This document shows positions 17,910 to 26,544 of a DNA stretch of 32,000 nt, piece by piece. Within the stretch, counting starts at the first letter, position 1. Each line of letters begins with the position of its first letter. Position numbers and translations under genes: made by a program. The stretch lies in NCBI RefSeq assembly GCF_001548275.1, contig NZ_AP014945.1, positions 120,001 through 152,000 on the forward strand. Direction: 5' to 3'. This stretch comes from Caldimicrobium thiodismutans (lineage in GTDB: Bacteria; Desulfobacterota; Thermodesulfobacteria; Thermodesulfobacteriales; Thermodesulfobacteriaceae). The notes below the pieces were generated by a model. The model did not search any database. It was not told where the DNA came from and was given only the letters and a program-made list of their open reading frames with translations.

Positions 17910-18908
17910 ATGTCAAAGAAGAAACCTCCTGTTCCCTATGACCTTTTTGCCAAGGCCTTTCTCAAAGACCCTGAAAACTTAAAAGGCTTCCTCTTAACCT
18001 TCCTCCCTGATCACATTAAAACTCATCTTGACCTTGACTCCCTTAAAATTATCCCTGAAGAGCAAGTCTCTCTCTCAAGAAAAAAGAGAGAAATCCCGGA
18101 CCTTGTTGCTGAGGTTAATCTTCTTAGTGAAGGGAAACCTTCAACCAAAGCCCATCTCTACATCCTTATTGAGCACAAAAGTGCACCTGATAAAAGGATT
18201 TACCTTCAGATTTTAAATTACATAACCGCTTTAAATGAGAGGTCTTTCAAGGAGGGGAAGGGGTATGTGCCTGTTTTACCCCTTGTGTTTTATGAAGGGG
18301 ATAAGCCCTGGGAGTATCCTGAAAGGATAGAGGAGATATTTTCAGTGCCAGAGGGGTTAAAGGGAGAACTTTTTAAGGTTCATGTGGTAGATTTAAAGAG
18401 GGTAGAGGATGAGAAGATATTGAGGATATTTGATATTTTAGCAGGGCTTGGGTGTTATCTTTATTTAATAAAGGCGGAAGCAGGTAATTTTGAAGAGATA
18501 ATTGAAGTTATTACAAGGGCGATAGAGAGATTAGTAGCGATAGGGGAGAAGGGGAGGTGGGAGATAGGGTTTTTAATTACGATATCTGAAATAAAGTTTA
18601 GGGTTGACGGGGAGGTAATTTGGTTTAATATATTAGATAGGTGTGAAGAAGAGGGGGTAAAGATGGAGTTAAAGAACTTTTGGGATAGAGTAGGAGAGAA
18701 ATTTTATCAGCAGGGGATATATCATGGATTGATACAGGATGCAAGGGAACTTGTGCTTGAGGCCATAGAGGTGAAGCTCGGGTATGTGCCTGAGGAAGTG
18801 AGGGAGAGGGTGGTAAGGGAGGAGGATAGAAAAGTTCTTAAAGCGTGGCATAGAGAAATAATTCTTGCCAAGGGTTCTGAAGATATCTTTAAACTCTTTG
18901 AAAGTTGA
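17910..18908 (+). CDS. Rpn/YhgA-like PD-(D/E)XK recombination-promoting nuclease / putative transposase family protein
   Basis: This is a 332-aa ORF. The N-terminus YDLFAKAFLKDPENLKGFLLTFLP and the core PDLVAEV...HLYILIEHKS match the family pattern (D...IEHQS-type). Confidence 0.7.
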   Translation: MSKKKPPVPYDLFAKAFLKDPENLKGFLLTFLPDHIKTHLDLDSLKIIPEEQVSLSRKKREIPDLVAEVNLLSEGKPSTKAHLYILIEHKSAPDKRIYLQILNYITALNERSFKEGKGYVPVLPLVFYEGDKPWEYPERIEEIFSVPEGLKGELFKVHVVDLKRVEDEKILRIFDILAGLGCYLYLIKAEAGNFEEIIEVITRAIERLVAIGEKGRWEIGFLITISEIKFRVDGEVIWFNILDRCEEEGVKMELKNFWDRVGEKFYQQGIYHGLIQDARELVLEAIEVKLGYVPEEVRERVVREEDRKVLKAWHREIILAKGSEDIFKLFES

Positions 18909-18997
18909 TAATTTTTAAGTCTTTTTTATTTTATTACTAAAGTGTAGATAAAGAACATTTTAAAAATTTCATATAAACACAGAGAAAAAGGCTAATT

Positions 18998-20020
18998 TTA
19001 ATTTATCTTTAAAACTTTTGCTCCTTTTATTTTTTGATTTTTTAAATCCTCAAGTGCCTCAAAAGCCCTTTCAAAGGGACAGATTTCAAACTCTGGCTCA
19101 ATTTGGGCCTTATCCACAAGCATGAGAAATTCCTCAATATCCTGCCTTGTAATATTGGCCACTGTTTTAATTTCTCTTTCATGCCAGAGATCCCTTTCAT
19201 AGGAGAGATTTAATAGAAACTCTTTATCAAGATCCTCCTTTCTTATAGCATTTATAACGAGTCTTCCTCCTGGTTTGATATATTTCAGAAGGTAAAAGGG
19301 AGGTCTCCAAACAGGGGTTGTATCTATTAAAGCTTGTGGATATTCTTCTGGTTCCTCTTCTATATCAAAGGCTTTATCTGCACCGAGTGAGAGGGCAAGT
19401 AATCTCTGGTTTGGATTCCTTGCGAAGACAAAAACAGGGGAATCTGGATATAGAACTTTGGCTATTTTTAAGACCAGATGATTGGAAGCTCCGAATCCAA
19501 TCAACCCGAGAATTTCCCCGTTTTTAAGTCCTGAGAGTTTTAAAGCCCTATAACCTATACCTCCGGCACAAAAAAGTGGGGCAAGTTTTTCTGGCTTTTT
19601 CCCATGGGGAAGCTTAAAAGCAAAGTCTTCTCTGATCTTGAAATATTCAGCATAACCTCCCTGGGCATCCTTTCCTGTTCCTTTAAATTCAGGGCAAAGA
19701 TTTTCAAGGCCTCTTTTACAGAAAGCACATTTTCCACAGGTTGAATAAATCCATCCTGCTCCTGCAAGATCTCCAATTTGAAATTTGTTAACACATTCTC
19801 CAATTGCTACCACTTCACCAACAATCTGATGGCCGGGAATAATTGGTAAAAAAGAGGGCTTAGCTCTTCCCTCAATTTCATCAAGTTCAGTATGACAAAC
19901 CCCACAGACAAAAACTTTTATAAGAATTTCATTCAGAGCAATAACTGGTTCCTCAACTTCGGAAAGATAAAAATTTCGTGGATTAAGTTCTCCAATTTCT
20001 TTTATAACCCATGCTCTCAT
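18998..20020 (-). CDS. Zinc-dependent alcohol dehydrogenase (MDR superfamily)
   Basis: GVCHTELDEIEGR holds the catalytic Zn ligands, a structural-Zn Cys cluster reads CGKCAFCKRGLENLC, and the Rossmann motif is GLIGFGASNH. I place the start at the ATG (MRAWVIKE...) at 20020 rather than the track's TTG at 20041. A TATAAT lies at 20035-20030, 9 nt upstream of that ATG. Confidence 0.8.
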   Translation of the reverse strand: MRAWVIKEIGELNPRNFYLSEVEEPVIALNEILIKVFVCGVCHTELDEIEGRAKPSFLPIIPGHQIVGEVVAIGECVNKFQIGDLAGAGWIYSTCGKCAFCKRGLENLCPEFKGTGKDAQGGYAEYFKIREDFAFKLPHGKKPEKLAPLFCAGGIGYRALKLSGLKNGEILGLIGFGASNHLVLKIAKVLYPDSPVFVFARNPNQRLLALSLGADKAFDIEEEPEEYPQALIDTTPVWRPPFYLLKYIKPGGRLVINAIRKEDLDKEFLLNLSYERDLWHEREIKTVANITRQDIEEFLMLVDKAQIEPEFEICPFERAFEALEDLKNQKIKGAKVLKIN

Positions 20021-20198
20021 GTTATTGTCATTATAGCTCAAAATACTCTATAAGAAAGCCTTCGACCCTTTGGGAGTTATATAAAGTATCTTTAAGGTTT
20101 CAAAATCAACATTTTTAAGCATCTTGATTTTATACAGGGTAAGATTAAACTTTAACACTTCAGAAGATTTAAAAGCATAAAAGAACCGAGGCTTAAGG

Positions 20199-21068
20199 AT
20201 GTATTTATTATTTAGCCTAAAGGCACCTCCCGATTTAGCTCCTCTTTTGGAGGAAGAATTTTATATACAACCAAAACTTTCTTGGGAGACAGAAGAGACT
20301 GAAAATGAGATAATCTTTAAATTTTACTTCCCCTTTAATCTCAAACCAGAGGATCAGGAAGTTTTATCTTGGCTTGAAAAGCTTTCTGCTCGTTACCAGG
20401 AGCTTATTCCAGAATACACCCTTGTTAAGAAGGAAAACTGGGAGGTTATCTGGAAGTATCATTTTAAACCCCTTAAGGTTGGTAAGAGACTTTGGGTGCT
20501 TCCTACCTGGGAAGAAATTACACTTCAGGAAGGCGAAATTCCTATTTATATAGATCCTGGTCAGGCCTTTGGAACAGGGCATCATCCAACTACCCAGCTT
20601 ATGCTTGTGAATCTGGAGGCCTATGTAGAGAAAATTTGTGAGGAAGAAAGTGTTCCCAGGGTGCTTGATATGGGCTGTGGTTCAGGGATTCTCTCTATCG
20701 CAGTGGCAAAACTTTGTCCCAGGGCAAGCATTTTGGCTGTAGATATTGATGAGCTTGCCCTTGAGACAACTTTAAAAAACGCAGAAGTGAACCAGGTCCT
20801 GGAAAATATTAAGATTCTGAAGAAAATAACACCTTCAGAGTCTTCGGGTTTTCATCTCATTTTAGCTAATATTGGCTTTCGGGAATTAAAAAATTTAGCT
20901 CCCCTTTTTAGAGAAATATTGCACCCCCAAAAGGGAATCCTTCTTCTTTCAGGGATTTTAAAAGAGGATCTTCCAGAGCTTGAAAAATATTACAAAAGTC
21001 TTGGATTCAGAAGAATAAAAAGTGAGTGTCTCAAAGGTTGGGCTCTTACATCTTTAAAGCTTATTTAA
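20199..21068 (+). CDS. prmA: Ribosomal protein L11 methyltransferase
   Basis: This is a 289-aa ORF. IDPGQAFGTGHHPTTQLML is the PrmA signature and VLDMGCGSGILSI is SAM motif I. Confidence 0.88.
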   Translation: MYLLFSLKAPPDLAPLLEEEFYIQPKLSWETEETENEIIFKFYFPFNLKPEDQEVLSWLEKLSARYQELIPEYTLVKKENWEVIWKYHFKPLKVGKRLWVLPTWEEITLQEGEIPIYIDPGQAFGTGHHPTTQLMLVNLEAYVEKICEEESVPRVLDMGCGSGILSIAVAKLCPRASILAVDIDELALETTLKNAEVNQVLENIKILKKITPSESSGFHLILANIGFRELKNLAPLFREILHPQKGILLLSGILKEDLPELEKYYKSLGFRRIKSECLKGWALTSLKLI

Positions 21069-21119
21069 AAAAGTCGTATTTCTGTTAAAATAAACTAAAA
21101 ATTAGATTAGGTAGTTAAT

Positions 21120-22334
21120 GTGTCAAAAAGTAAGAATAAAATAAGTATTTTCCTCATTATTAAGGAGTTTTTTCAAAAATTTTTAAGAGATGAAATCCTT
21201 CTCTTCGCGCAGGGTTTAACCTATAATACCCTTTTAACTATTATTCCATTATTAGGATTAGTGGTTTCTCTCGGGAGAAGTTTTCTTCAAGAAGACCTGG
21301 TTATCCAGCAAAGTTTTCTCTTCTTTGCCAATTATCTTAGCACAGAAGCCTTGATACAGGTAATGGAAAGAATTATTAGTCTTTTGGAGAATTTAAAGAA
21401 GTTTCCCCTTGGTAAGTTTAGTCTTTTCTTTTATTTTATTATGAGTCTTGGGCTCCTCTTTCAGCTTGAGGATGCTTTAAATCGTATTTTTTTGAGCCTA
21501 AAGAGAAGGACTTTTAAAGAAAGGATTCTCTTTTATTGGATTGTTCTCACCCTTTCCCCTTTTATTTTCTTCCTCCCTGTGCTTTTACAGACTTCTCTTA
21601 AGCCTTATTTGAGTTATCAGCTTATTTTTTATTTCTTTTTTCTGTTGATATTCTTTTTTTTGCTTTACATCTATTTTCCTGCCCGAAAGGTTAGTAAGGT
21701 TGCTGCTATTAAAGGAGCTATTTTTGCTACCATTCTCTGGTATGGATTTTCCTTTCTTTTTGGTTTTTATGTAAAAAAGGCAGTAGCTTATTCCAAACTT
21801 TACGGAAGTTTGTCTATTTTTCCTATTTTTCTGATTTTTGTGTTTTTAAATTGGCTAATTTTTCTAATCGGTGCAGAGATTACCTATTTTTTAGAGAGGA
21901 GGCCCTGGAAAAAGAGGGTAATTACCCTTGCCTCTCCTTTGAAAGAGTTTTTTCTTTTAATCTTTTTGACTAAGAGCTTTTATAGTGGACAGGTTGTCTC
22001 CTTAAAGACCTTAAGTAAAGAGCTTCCTCTTTCAGAAGAGGAAATCTTGATGGCTATAAAAGAGCTTGAAAAGAAAAATTTTGTATTTTTAAGGGATGAG
22101 GAGGTATTTTTTCGCATTCCCCCAGAAGGGATTTTAATAGGGGATTTATTTTCTGGGGACATTTTTCAGGAAATAAAGGAAAGTAAAGAATTTTTATCCT
22201 TGATGACCGAGCTTTGCCCTTTTAGGGAGGATATTTTAAGAAAATCCTTAAGGGATTTAGTTATTTCTGAGGATATAAAAAATGCCGAGGGCGGGAGTCG
22301 AACCCGCACGGGGGTAAACCCCAGTGGATTTTGA
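21120..22334 (+). CDS. YihY/BrkB-family membrane protein (formerly annotated 'ribonuclease BN') with a ~130-aa soluble C-terminal extension; GTG start
   Basis: This is a 404-aa ORF with FAQGLTYNTLLTIIPLL and multiple TM helices typical of YihY. The last 52 nt overlap tRNA-Leu on the opposite strand. Confidence 0.7.
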   Translation: MSKSKNKISIFLIIKEFFQKFLRDEILLFAQGLTYNTLLTIIPLLGLVVSLGRSFLQEDLVIQQSFLFFANYLSTEALIQVMERIISLLENLKKFPLGKFSLFFYFIMSLGLLFQLEDALNRIFLSLKRRTFKERILFYWIVLTLSPFIFFLPVLLQTSLKPYLSYQLIFYFFFLLIFFFLLYIYFPARKVSKVAAIKGAIFATILWYGFSFLFGFYVKKAVAYSKLYGSLSIFPIFLIFVFLNWLIFLIGAEITYFLERRPWKKRVITLASPLKEFFLLIFLTKSFYSGQVVSLKTLSKELPLSEEEILMAIKELEKKNFVFLRDEEVFFRIPPEGILIGDLFSGDIFQEIKESKEFLSLMTELCPFREDILRKSLRDLVISEDIKNAEGGSRTRTGVNPSGF

Positions 22335-22367
22335 GTCCACCGCGTCTGCCTGTTCCGCCACCTCGGC
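22283..22367 (-). tRNA. tRNA-Leu (anticodon CAA), class II
   Basis: The minus strand reads GCCGAGGTGGCGGAACAGGCAGAC...GGACTCAAAATCC...GCGGGTTCGACTCCCGCCCTCGGCA. The acceptor GCCGAGG pairs with CCTCGGC and no CCA is encoded. Confidence 0.9.
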
Positions 22368-22376
22368 TAATATTAA

Positions 22377-22436
22377 ATTTTAATCCCCTTTTTTTAGTTT
22401 ACAAGCATTTGGATGTATTCATATCTTTTGAGACTC
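22377..22436 (-). promoter_or_regulatory. Box-type promoter P4 for tRNA-Leu
   Basis: On the minus strand: box GAGTCTCAAAAGATATGAATACATCC (22436-22411), a 6-nt gap, TTGTAA (22404-22399), a 16-nt spacer, TAAAAT (22382-22377), then 9 nt to the tRNA 5' end. Confidence 0.6.
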
Positions 22437-22607
22437 TTATCTCCCCTTTTTAGCAAATAAACTGGGTTATCCTTTTATCCTAAACATTAAACGATAGATC
22501 TTCCCCTACATTGATGAGACATATGTTATTTGACATTATTTCTACCTCTCACCTCTCACCTTTTTACTCTCCTTCCTTTTCCTTGTAAGGATGTGAGCTT
22601 ATACAGG
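22411..22607. repeat. Type-2 mosaic module (~197 bp), a near-identical inverted copy of 27281-27487
   Basis: From CATATCTTTTGAGACTCTTATCTCCCC to TTATTTCTACCT, about 130 bp, I see only ~5 mismatches against the reverse complement of the 27.3-kb copy. The ends are inverted boxes at 22411-22436 and 22581-22607. Confidence 0.9.
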
Positions 22608-22647
22608 TTGCCAAGGGAGAATGAGTAGGTGGACAAAAATCCTCATT

Positions 22648-22708
22648 AAGTCTTAAAAGATATGGACGCATACATTTTCTTGACAGAAAGGCTTTGAGAA
22701 GTTAAAAT
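22648..22708 (+). promoter_or_regulatory. Box-type promoter P5 for rimP-nusA-ylxR
   Basis: Box AAGTCTTAAAAGATATGGACGCATAC (22648-22673), a 6-nt gap, TTGACA (22680-22685), a 17-nt spacer, TAAAAT (22703-22708), 6 nt, then the ATG at 22715. Confidence 0.65.
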
Positions 22709-22714
22709 TTATTT

Positions 22715-23200
22715 ATGTATAAAAGCTCAGAAGGGGAAAAGGATCTTAAGGAAAAGCTATGGGAATTGCTTGAATTGCCTATTCTGAAGAAAAAAATGGA
22801 GCTTGTGGATATAGAGTGGAGAAGAGAAAGAACAGGTTGGGTGCTTAGACTATATATTGATAAACCCGGAGGTGTTACCATAGGAGATTGCGCAAAAATT
22901 AGTGAACTTGTAGGTCACCTTTTGGATAAAGAGAATCTTATTCATCATCCTTATAATCTTGAGGTTTCAAGCCCCGGTATTGAAAGACCTCTTAAAACAA
23001 AAGAACACTTTGAGAGATTTAAGGGAGAAAAGGCCAAAATTACTCTTAAAAATCCTCTTGCAGGCAGAAGAAATCTTGTGGGGACAATTCTTGGGATTAA
23101 AGAAGATTTCTTAGAACTTTCTGCCGAGGGAAAAGTTTGGGAAATTGCCCTCTCAAACATTAAAAAAGCCAATCTTCAGCCTGAAATAACTTTTAAATAA
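22715..23200 (+). CDS. rimP: Ribosome maturation factor RimP
   Basis: This is a 161-aa ORF. LVDIEWRRERTGWVLRLYIDKPGGVTIGDCAKIS...YNLEVSSPGIERPL matches the RimP core. It lies upstream of nusA. Confidence 0.9.
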   Translation: MYKSSEGEKDLKEKLWELLELPILKKKMELVDIEWRRERTGWVLRLYIDKPGGVTIGDCAKISELVGHLLDKENLIHHPYNLEVSSPGIERPLKTKEHFERFKGEKAKITLKNPLAGRRNLVGTILGIKEDFLELSAEGKVWEIALSNIKKANLQPEITFK

Positions 23201-23212
23201 AAGGAGTTATAA

Positions 23213-24448
23213 ATGCAAGTATCAAAAGAGATGAAAAAGATTGTTGAGGCCTTAAGTAAGGAAAAAGGCTTATCTAAGGAAATTGTAGTTGAGGCCCTTG
23301 TGGAGGGGTTAAAAACTGCTGCTAAAAAGAAATATGGCTCAGGAGCTAAAATTGAGGTTAAATACGATGATGAAACCGGAGAAATTGAGATTTATCGTTT
23401 TCGGGAGGTTGTGGATAAAGTAGCGGATCCCAACCGTGAGATAGCCTTTGATTCTGCACAAAAGCTTTCACCCAATGTGAGCATAGGAGATATGCTTGGT
23501 GAAAAGATTAACCTTCAGGACCTTGGGCGAATTGCAGCTCAAATTGTAAAACAGCTCTTTTCTCAACGCCTGCGCTTGGCTGAAAAACAGATAATCTATG
23601 ATGAATACAAGCATCGCCTTGGAGAAATAGTGACAGGTTATGTGCATCGTTTTATCAAACGGGATGTAGTGCTTAATCTGGGTAGAGCAGAGGCCCTGCT
23701 GCCTGAGGAAGAACAAATACCTACGGAGAGGTATCATCGTGGAGATAGAGTTAAGGCCATAGTAATTGAGGTTTATCGCCAGAAGGAGCCTCAGATCGTA
23801 GTTTCAAGGTCTCATCCAGCCTTTGTTAAGAAACTCTTTGAAAAAGAAGTACCTGAAATTCAAGAAGGTTTAGTTAAAATTATAGCTATTGCAAGAGAGC
23901 CAGGCTCAAGAACAAAGATTGCCGTTGCCTCTACAGACCCTAATGTGGATCCTGTGGGAGCCTGTGTGGGGGTTAGAGGCTCAAGGATTTCTGCAGTGCT
24001 TCAGGAAATCAAAGGTGAAAAAATAGATGTGGTTCTTTATGAAAAGGATCCAGCTAAGTTTGTCTATAATGCTTTATCACCCGCCGAGTGCAGTAAGGTT
24101 ATCGTGGATGAAGCAACTAAGACCCTTGAGGTTATAGTGCCTGATGATCAACTCTCCCTGGCAATCGGAAGAAAAGGAGAGAATGTAAGACTGGCTTCAA
24201 AGCTTATAGGCTGGAGAATAGATATTTTAAGTGAAACTCAATACATGAGAAGACAGGATCCTGAATTTTTGAAACTTCTTAAAGTGACAGGTCTTTCTGA
24301 TGAGATTGCAGGACATCTCTATGAGGCTGATATCAGAGATTTAAAAACTCTTCTTGAAACTCCGCCCGAGCGAATTTCTCAACTTACCAGATTTTCGGAA
24401 GACCAGGTTAAAGAAATCCTTGAAAAGGCAAAAAGCGCCCTAAAATAG
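23213..24448 (+). CDS. nusA: Transcription termination/antitermination factor NusA
   Basis: This is a 411-aa ORF with N-terminal, S1 (GEIVTGYVHRFIKRDVVLNLG) and KH (DPVGACVGVRGSRI; LAIGRKGENVRLASKL) domains. Confidence 0.96.
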   Translation: MQVSKEMKKIVEALSKEKGLSKEIVVEALVEGLKTAAKKKYGSGAKIEVKYDDETGEIEIYRFREVVDKVADPNREIAFDSAQKLSPNVSIGDMLGEKINLQDLGRIAAQIVKQLFSQRLRLAEKQIIYDEYKHRLGEIVTGYVHRFIKRDVVLNLGRAEALLPEEEQIPTERYHRGDRVKAIVIEVYRQKEPQIVVSRSHPAFVKKLFEKEVPEIQEGLVKIIAIAREPGSRTKIAVASTDPNVDPVGACVGVRGSRISAVLQEIKGEKIDVVLYEKDPAKFVYNALSPAECSKVIVDEATKTLEVIVPDDQLSLAIGRKGENVRLASKLIGWRIDILSETQYMRRQDPEFLKLLKVTGLSDEIAGHLYEADIRDLKTLLETPPERISQLTRFSEDQVKEILEKAKSALK

Positions 24449-24675
24449 TGCCTCGGAAGGGACATGTTCCAGAAAGAACCTGTGTGGCCTGTAGAATAAA
24501 GGTTCCTAAAGGAGAGCTTATAAGATTTGTCGCCAGTAAGGGAGAAATCCTTCTTGATGAAAAGGGAATCTTACCAGGAAGAGGGGCCTATCTTTGCAAG
24601 AATTGTTTTCTTAAAAAGGATCAGCCAAAGATTCTTAAAAAACTTAAAAAGGCCTTGAGGATGGCTGAAAAATGA
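24448..24675 (+). CDS. ylxR: YlxR/RnpM-family (DUF448) RNA-binding protein; GTG start overlapping the nusA stop (TAGTG)
   Basis: This is a 75-aa ORF. ERTCVACRIKVPKGELIRFV...GRGAYLC is the DUF448 signature. The position after nusA is classical. Confidence 0.85.
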   Translation: MPRKGHVPERTCVACRIKVPKGELIRFVASKGEILLDEKGILPGRGAYLCKNCFLKKDQPKILKKLKKALRMAEK

Positions 24676-25559
24676 AAGTCTTTATTCTTGGAGGAACTGG
24701 ATTTATTGGTAGTTATCTTACCGAATATTATCTCAATAAAGGTGCAAGGGTTTTCCTTTTAGTAAGAAATCCTCAAAGGGTTAAAACTATAAAACCAGGA
24801 GTTGAGGTCGTTTTTGGAGAGGCTTTAAAAGGAGGAGACTGGCAAAGGCTTATACCTGAAATGGATTATGTAATCAATCTTGTAGGAGAGACTATTTTTA
24901 AACGCTGGACTCCTGAATATAAAAAACTTATCTGGGATTCAAGAATACTTTCCACAAGAAGGGTAGTTGAAGTCCTAACCGAAAGAAATATTCTTTTTAA
25001 TGCCAGTGCAGTTGGTTATTATGGAGATGGAGGGGAAAGGGAGCTAACAGAAGAGAGTCCTCCTGGTAAGATGTATGTATCAGAGCTTTGCAAGGCCTGG
25101 GAAGAAGAGGCTTTGAAAGGAGAATCCACTGGAGCAAGAATTATTGTGGGTAGATTTGGGATTGTCCTTGGAAAGGGTGGAGGGATGCTTTCTGTGATCC
25201 TTCCCTTTTTTAAACTTGGCCTTGGAGGAAGGCTTGGTTCAGGAAAGCAGTGGTTTCCCTGGATTCATGTGGAAGATTTAGTAAGAGCCATTGACTTTCT
25301 TTATGAAAAAGAGGTTAGTGGAATTTTTAATGTCACTTCTCCTGAACCTGTGCAAAATAAAGAAATGACAAAGATTATAGGGAAGGTTTTACGGAGACCC
25401 ACTCTCTTTCCAGTACCCAAATTTGCCCTAAGGCTTCTTTATGGAGAACTTGCCGATGTAATTATGGCAAGTGCAAGGGTGATTCCAAAAAGACTCCTTG
25501 AAAGGGGTTTTACTTTCAAATATCCCTCCTTTGAATCTGCCTTTAGGGCCTCAATGTAA
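24672..25559 (+). CDS. TIGR01777-family (YfcH-like) NAD-dependent epimerase/SDR with a DUF1731 C-terminus
   Basis: This is a 295-aa ORF with ILGGTGFIGSYL (Rossmann) and a C-terminal PKRLLERGFTFKYPSFESAF typical of the family. The start overlaps the ylxR stop (ATGA). Confidence 0.8.
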   Translation: MKVFILGGTGFIGSYLTEYYLNKGARVFLLVRNPQRVKTIKPGVEVVFGEALKGGDWQRLIPEMDYVINLVGETIFKRWTPEYKKLIWDSRILSTRRVVEVLTERNILFNASAVGYYGDGGERELTEESPPGKMYVSELCKAWEEEALKGESTGARIIVGRFGIVLGKGGGMLSVILPFFKLGLGGRLGSGKQWFPWIHVEDLVRAIDFLYEKEVSGIFNVTSPEPVQNKEMTKIIGKVLRRPTLFPVPKFALRLLYGELADVIMASARVIPKRLLERGFTFKYPSFESAFRASM

Positions 25560-25575
25560 GCCAATTAGAGGGAAA

Positions 25576-25848
25576 CTAAAGTTCTTCTTCAGGTTCCTCA
25601 GCTTCCTCCTCATATACATACACTGGTTCTTCTGTAACTTTTTCTTCCTTTGGGAGGATGGTGTGAGGGACACGAATGATTTCTCTCAGTTGATCTAATT
25701 CTAAATTAAGGTCAGGATCCTCTTTACAAATCGAGCATTGTTTAATATGTCTATCCACAAGCTCCATCATTTTAATGGGAGATAAAGTGAAGCTTCTTAC
25801 CTGTTGATACCAGTCTCGCAAAAGGGTCTTAAGCCTTGGGCATTGCAT
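25576..25848 (-). CDS. Small hypothetical protein with a ZAS-like C...H-x3-C-x2-C motif and a strongly acidic C-terminal tail
   Basis: This is a 90-aa ORF preceded by the strong SD AGGAGGAGG. The candidate ligands are Cys3, His34, Cys38 and Cys41 (DRHIKQCSICKE). The tail reads EEPVYVYEEEAEEPEEEL. Confidence 0.6.
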   Translation of the reverse strand: MQCPRLKTLLRDWYQQVRSFTLSPIKMMELVDRHIKQCSICKEDPDLNLELDQLREIIRVPHTILPKEEKVTEEPVYVYEEEAEEPEEEL

Positions 25849-25866
25849 TTTTTGGTGCGCCTCCTC

Positions 25867-26448
25867 CTATACTTTTTCGGCTAAAAATATCCAAACATAA
25901 GGTTCTTTGGCAATTTTTTGTTTTATCTTAAAGGAACTTTCTTTTAAGAGGTTTATGATCTCCTCTTTTTCAAAGACCTCCTCTGGTGGTGGCCCCATAT
26001 CTCTTTCTCTTTTGTCCCAGTCAATTAGGAGTAATTTGCCCTTTTTCTTTAAGAGGTGATGCAAATCTTTTAAGGTCTGATGCGGTTCATTGAGTTCGTG
26101 AAAAGTGAAGGCAAGATAAATGAAATCAAAAAAGGCTGGGCTAAAAGGAAGGGGCTCAAATTCATCTATCTTCAAAAATTTTACTTTTTTCATGAGGGGA
26201 GAATCTTTGTATTTTTCTTGGGCATATCTTAAGAGCTCTTCCTGAATATCAATAGCATAAATTGTGCCAGAGGGGCTTAAAAGAGATACCAGATAGGGTA
26301 AATAAAAACCTGTGCCAACTCCAAAGTCAAGAATACTCTCAAAATGGCTAAGATTCAAATCTTTGAATAGAGCTTCTGGATCAAAGATTTTAAGCCTTTC
26401 AGGACTTTCCAATTTTTCCAGCTTTCTGGGATCAAATTTATGGGCCAT
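25867..26448 (-). CDS. Class I SAM-dependent methyltransferase
   Basis: This is a 193-aa ORF. Motif I is ILDFGVGTGFY. The N-terminus HKFDPRKLEKLESPERLKIF is typical of small Methyltransf_11/25-type enzymes. Confidence 0.8.
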   Translation of the reverse strand: MAHKFDPRKLEKLESPERLKIFDPEALFKDLNLSHFESILDFGVGTGFYLPYLVSLLSPSGTIYAIDIQEELLRYAQEKYKDSPLMKKVKFLKIDEFEPLPFSPAFFDFIYLAFTFHELNEPHQTLKDLHHLLKKKGKLLLIDWDKRERDMGPPPEEVFEKEEIINLLKESSFKIKQKIAKEPYVWIFLAEKV

Positions 26449-26544
26449 TGCAAAAAGTTCTTTTATTTTAATGGAATTTTCAAAAAAATCAAAAAGATAA
26501 AGACTTTTGGGGAGGATGGGTTAAGAATTATAACTGATAAAATC

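Noticed and set aside
20021-20041. TTG-extended N-termini proposed by the ORF track for the ADH (20041) and YedF (27165).
   Set aside because: Internal ATGs with better context exist. For YedF the ATG lies 8 nt after AGGAGG. For the ADH, the typical MDR N-terminus MRAW begins at an ATG 9 nt after TATAAT. The extensions add non-conserved residues.
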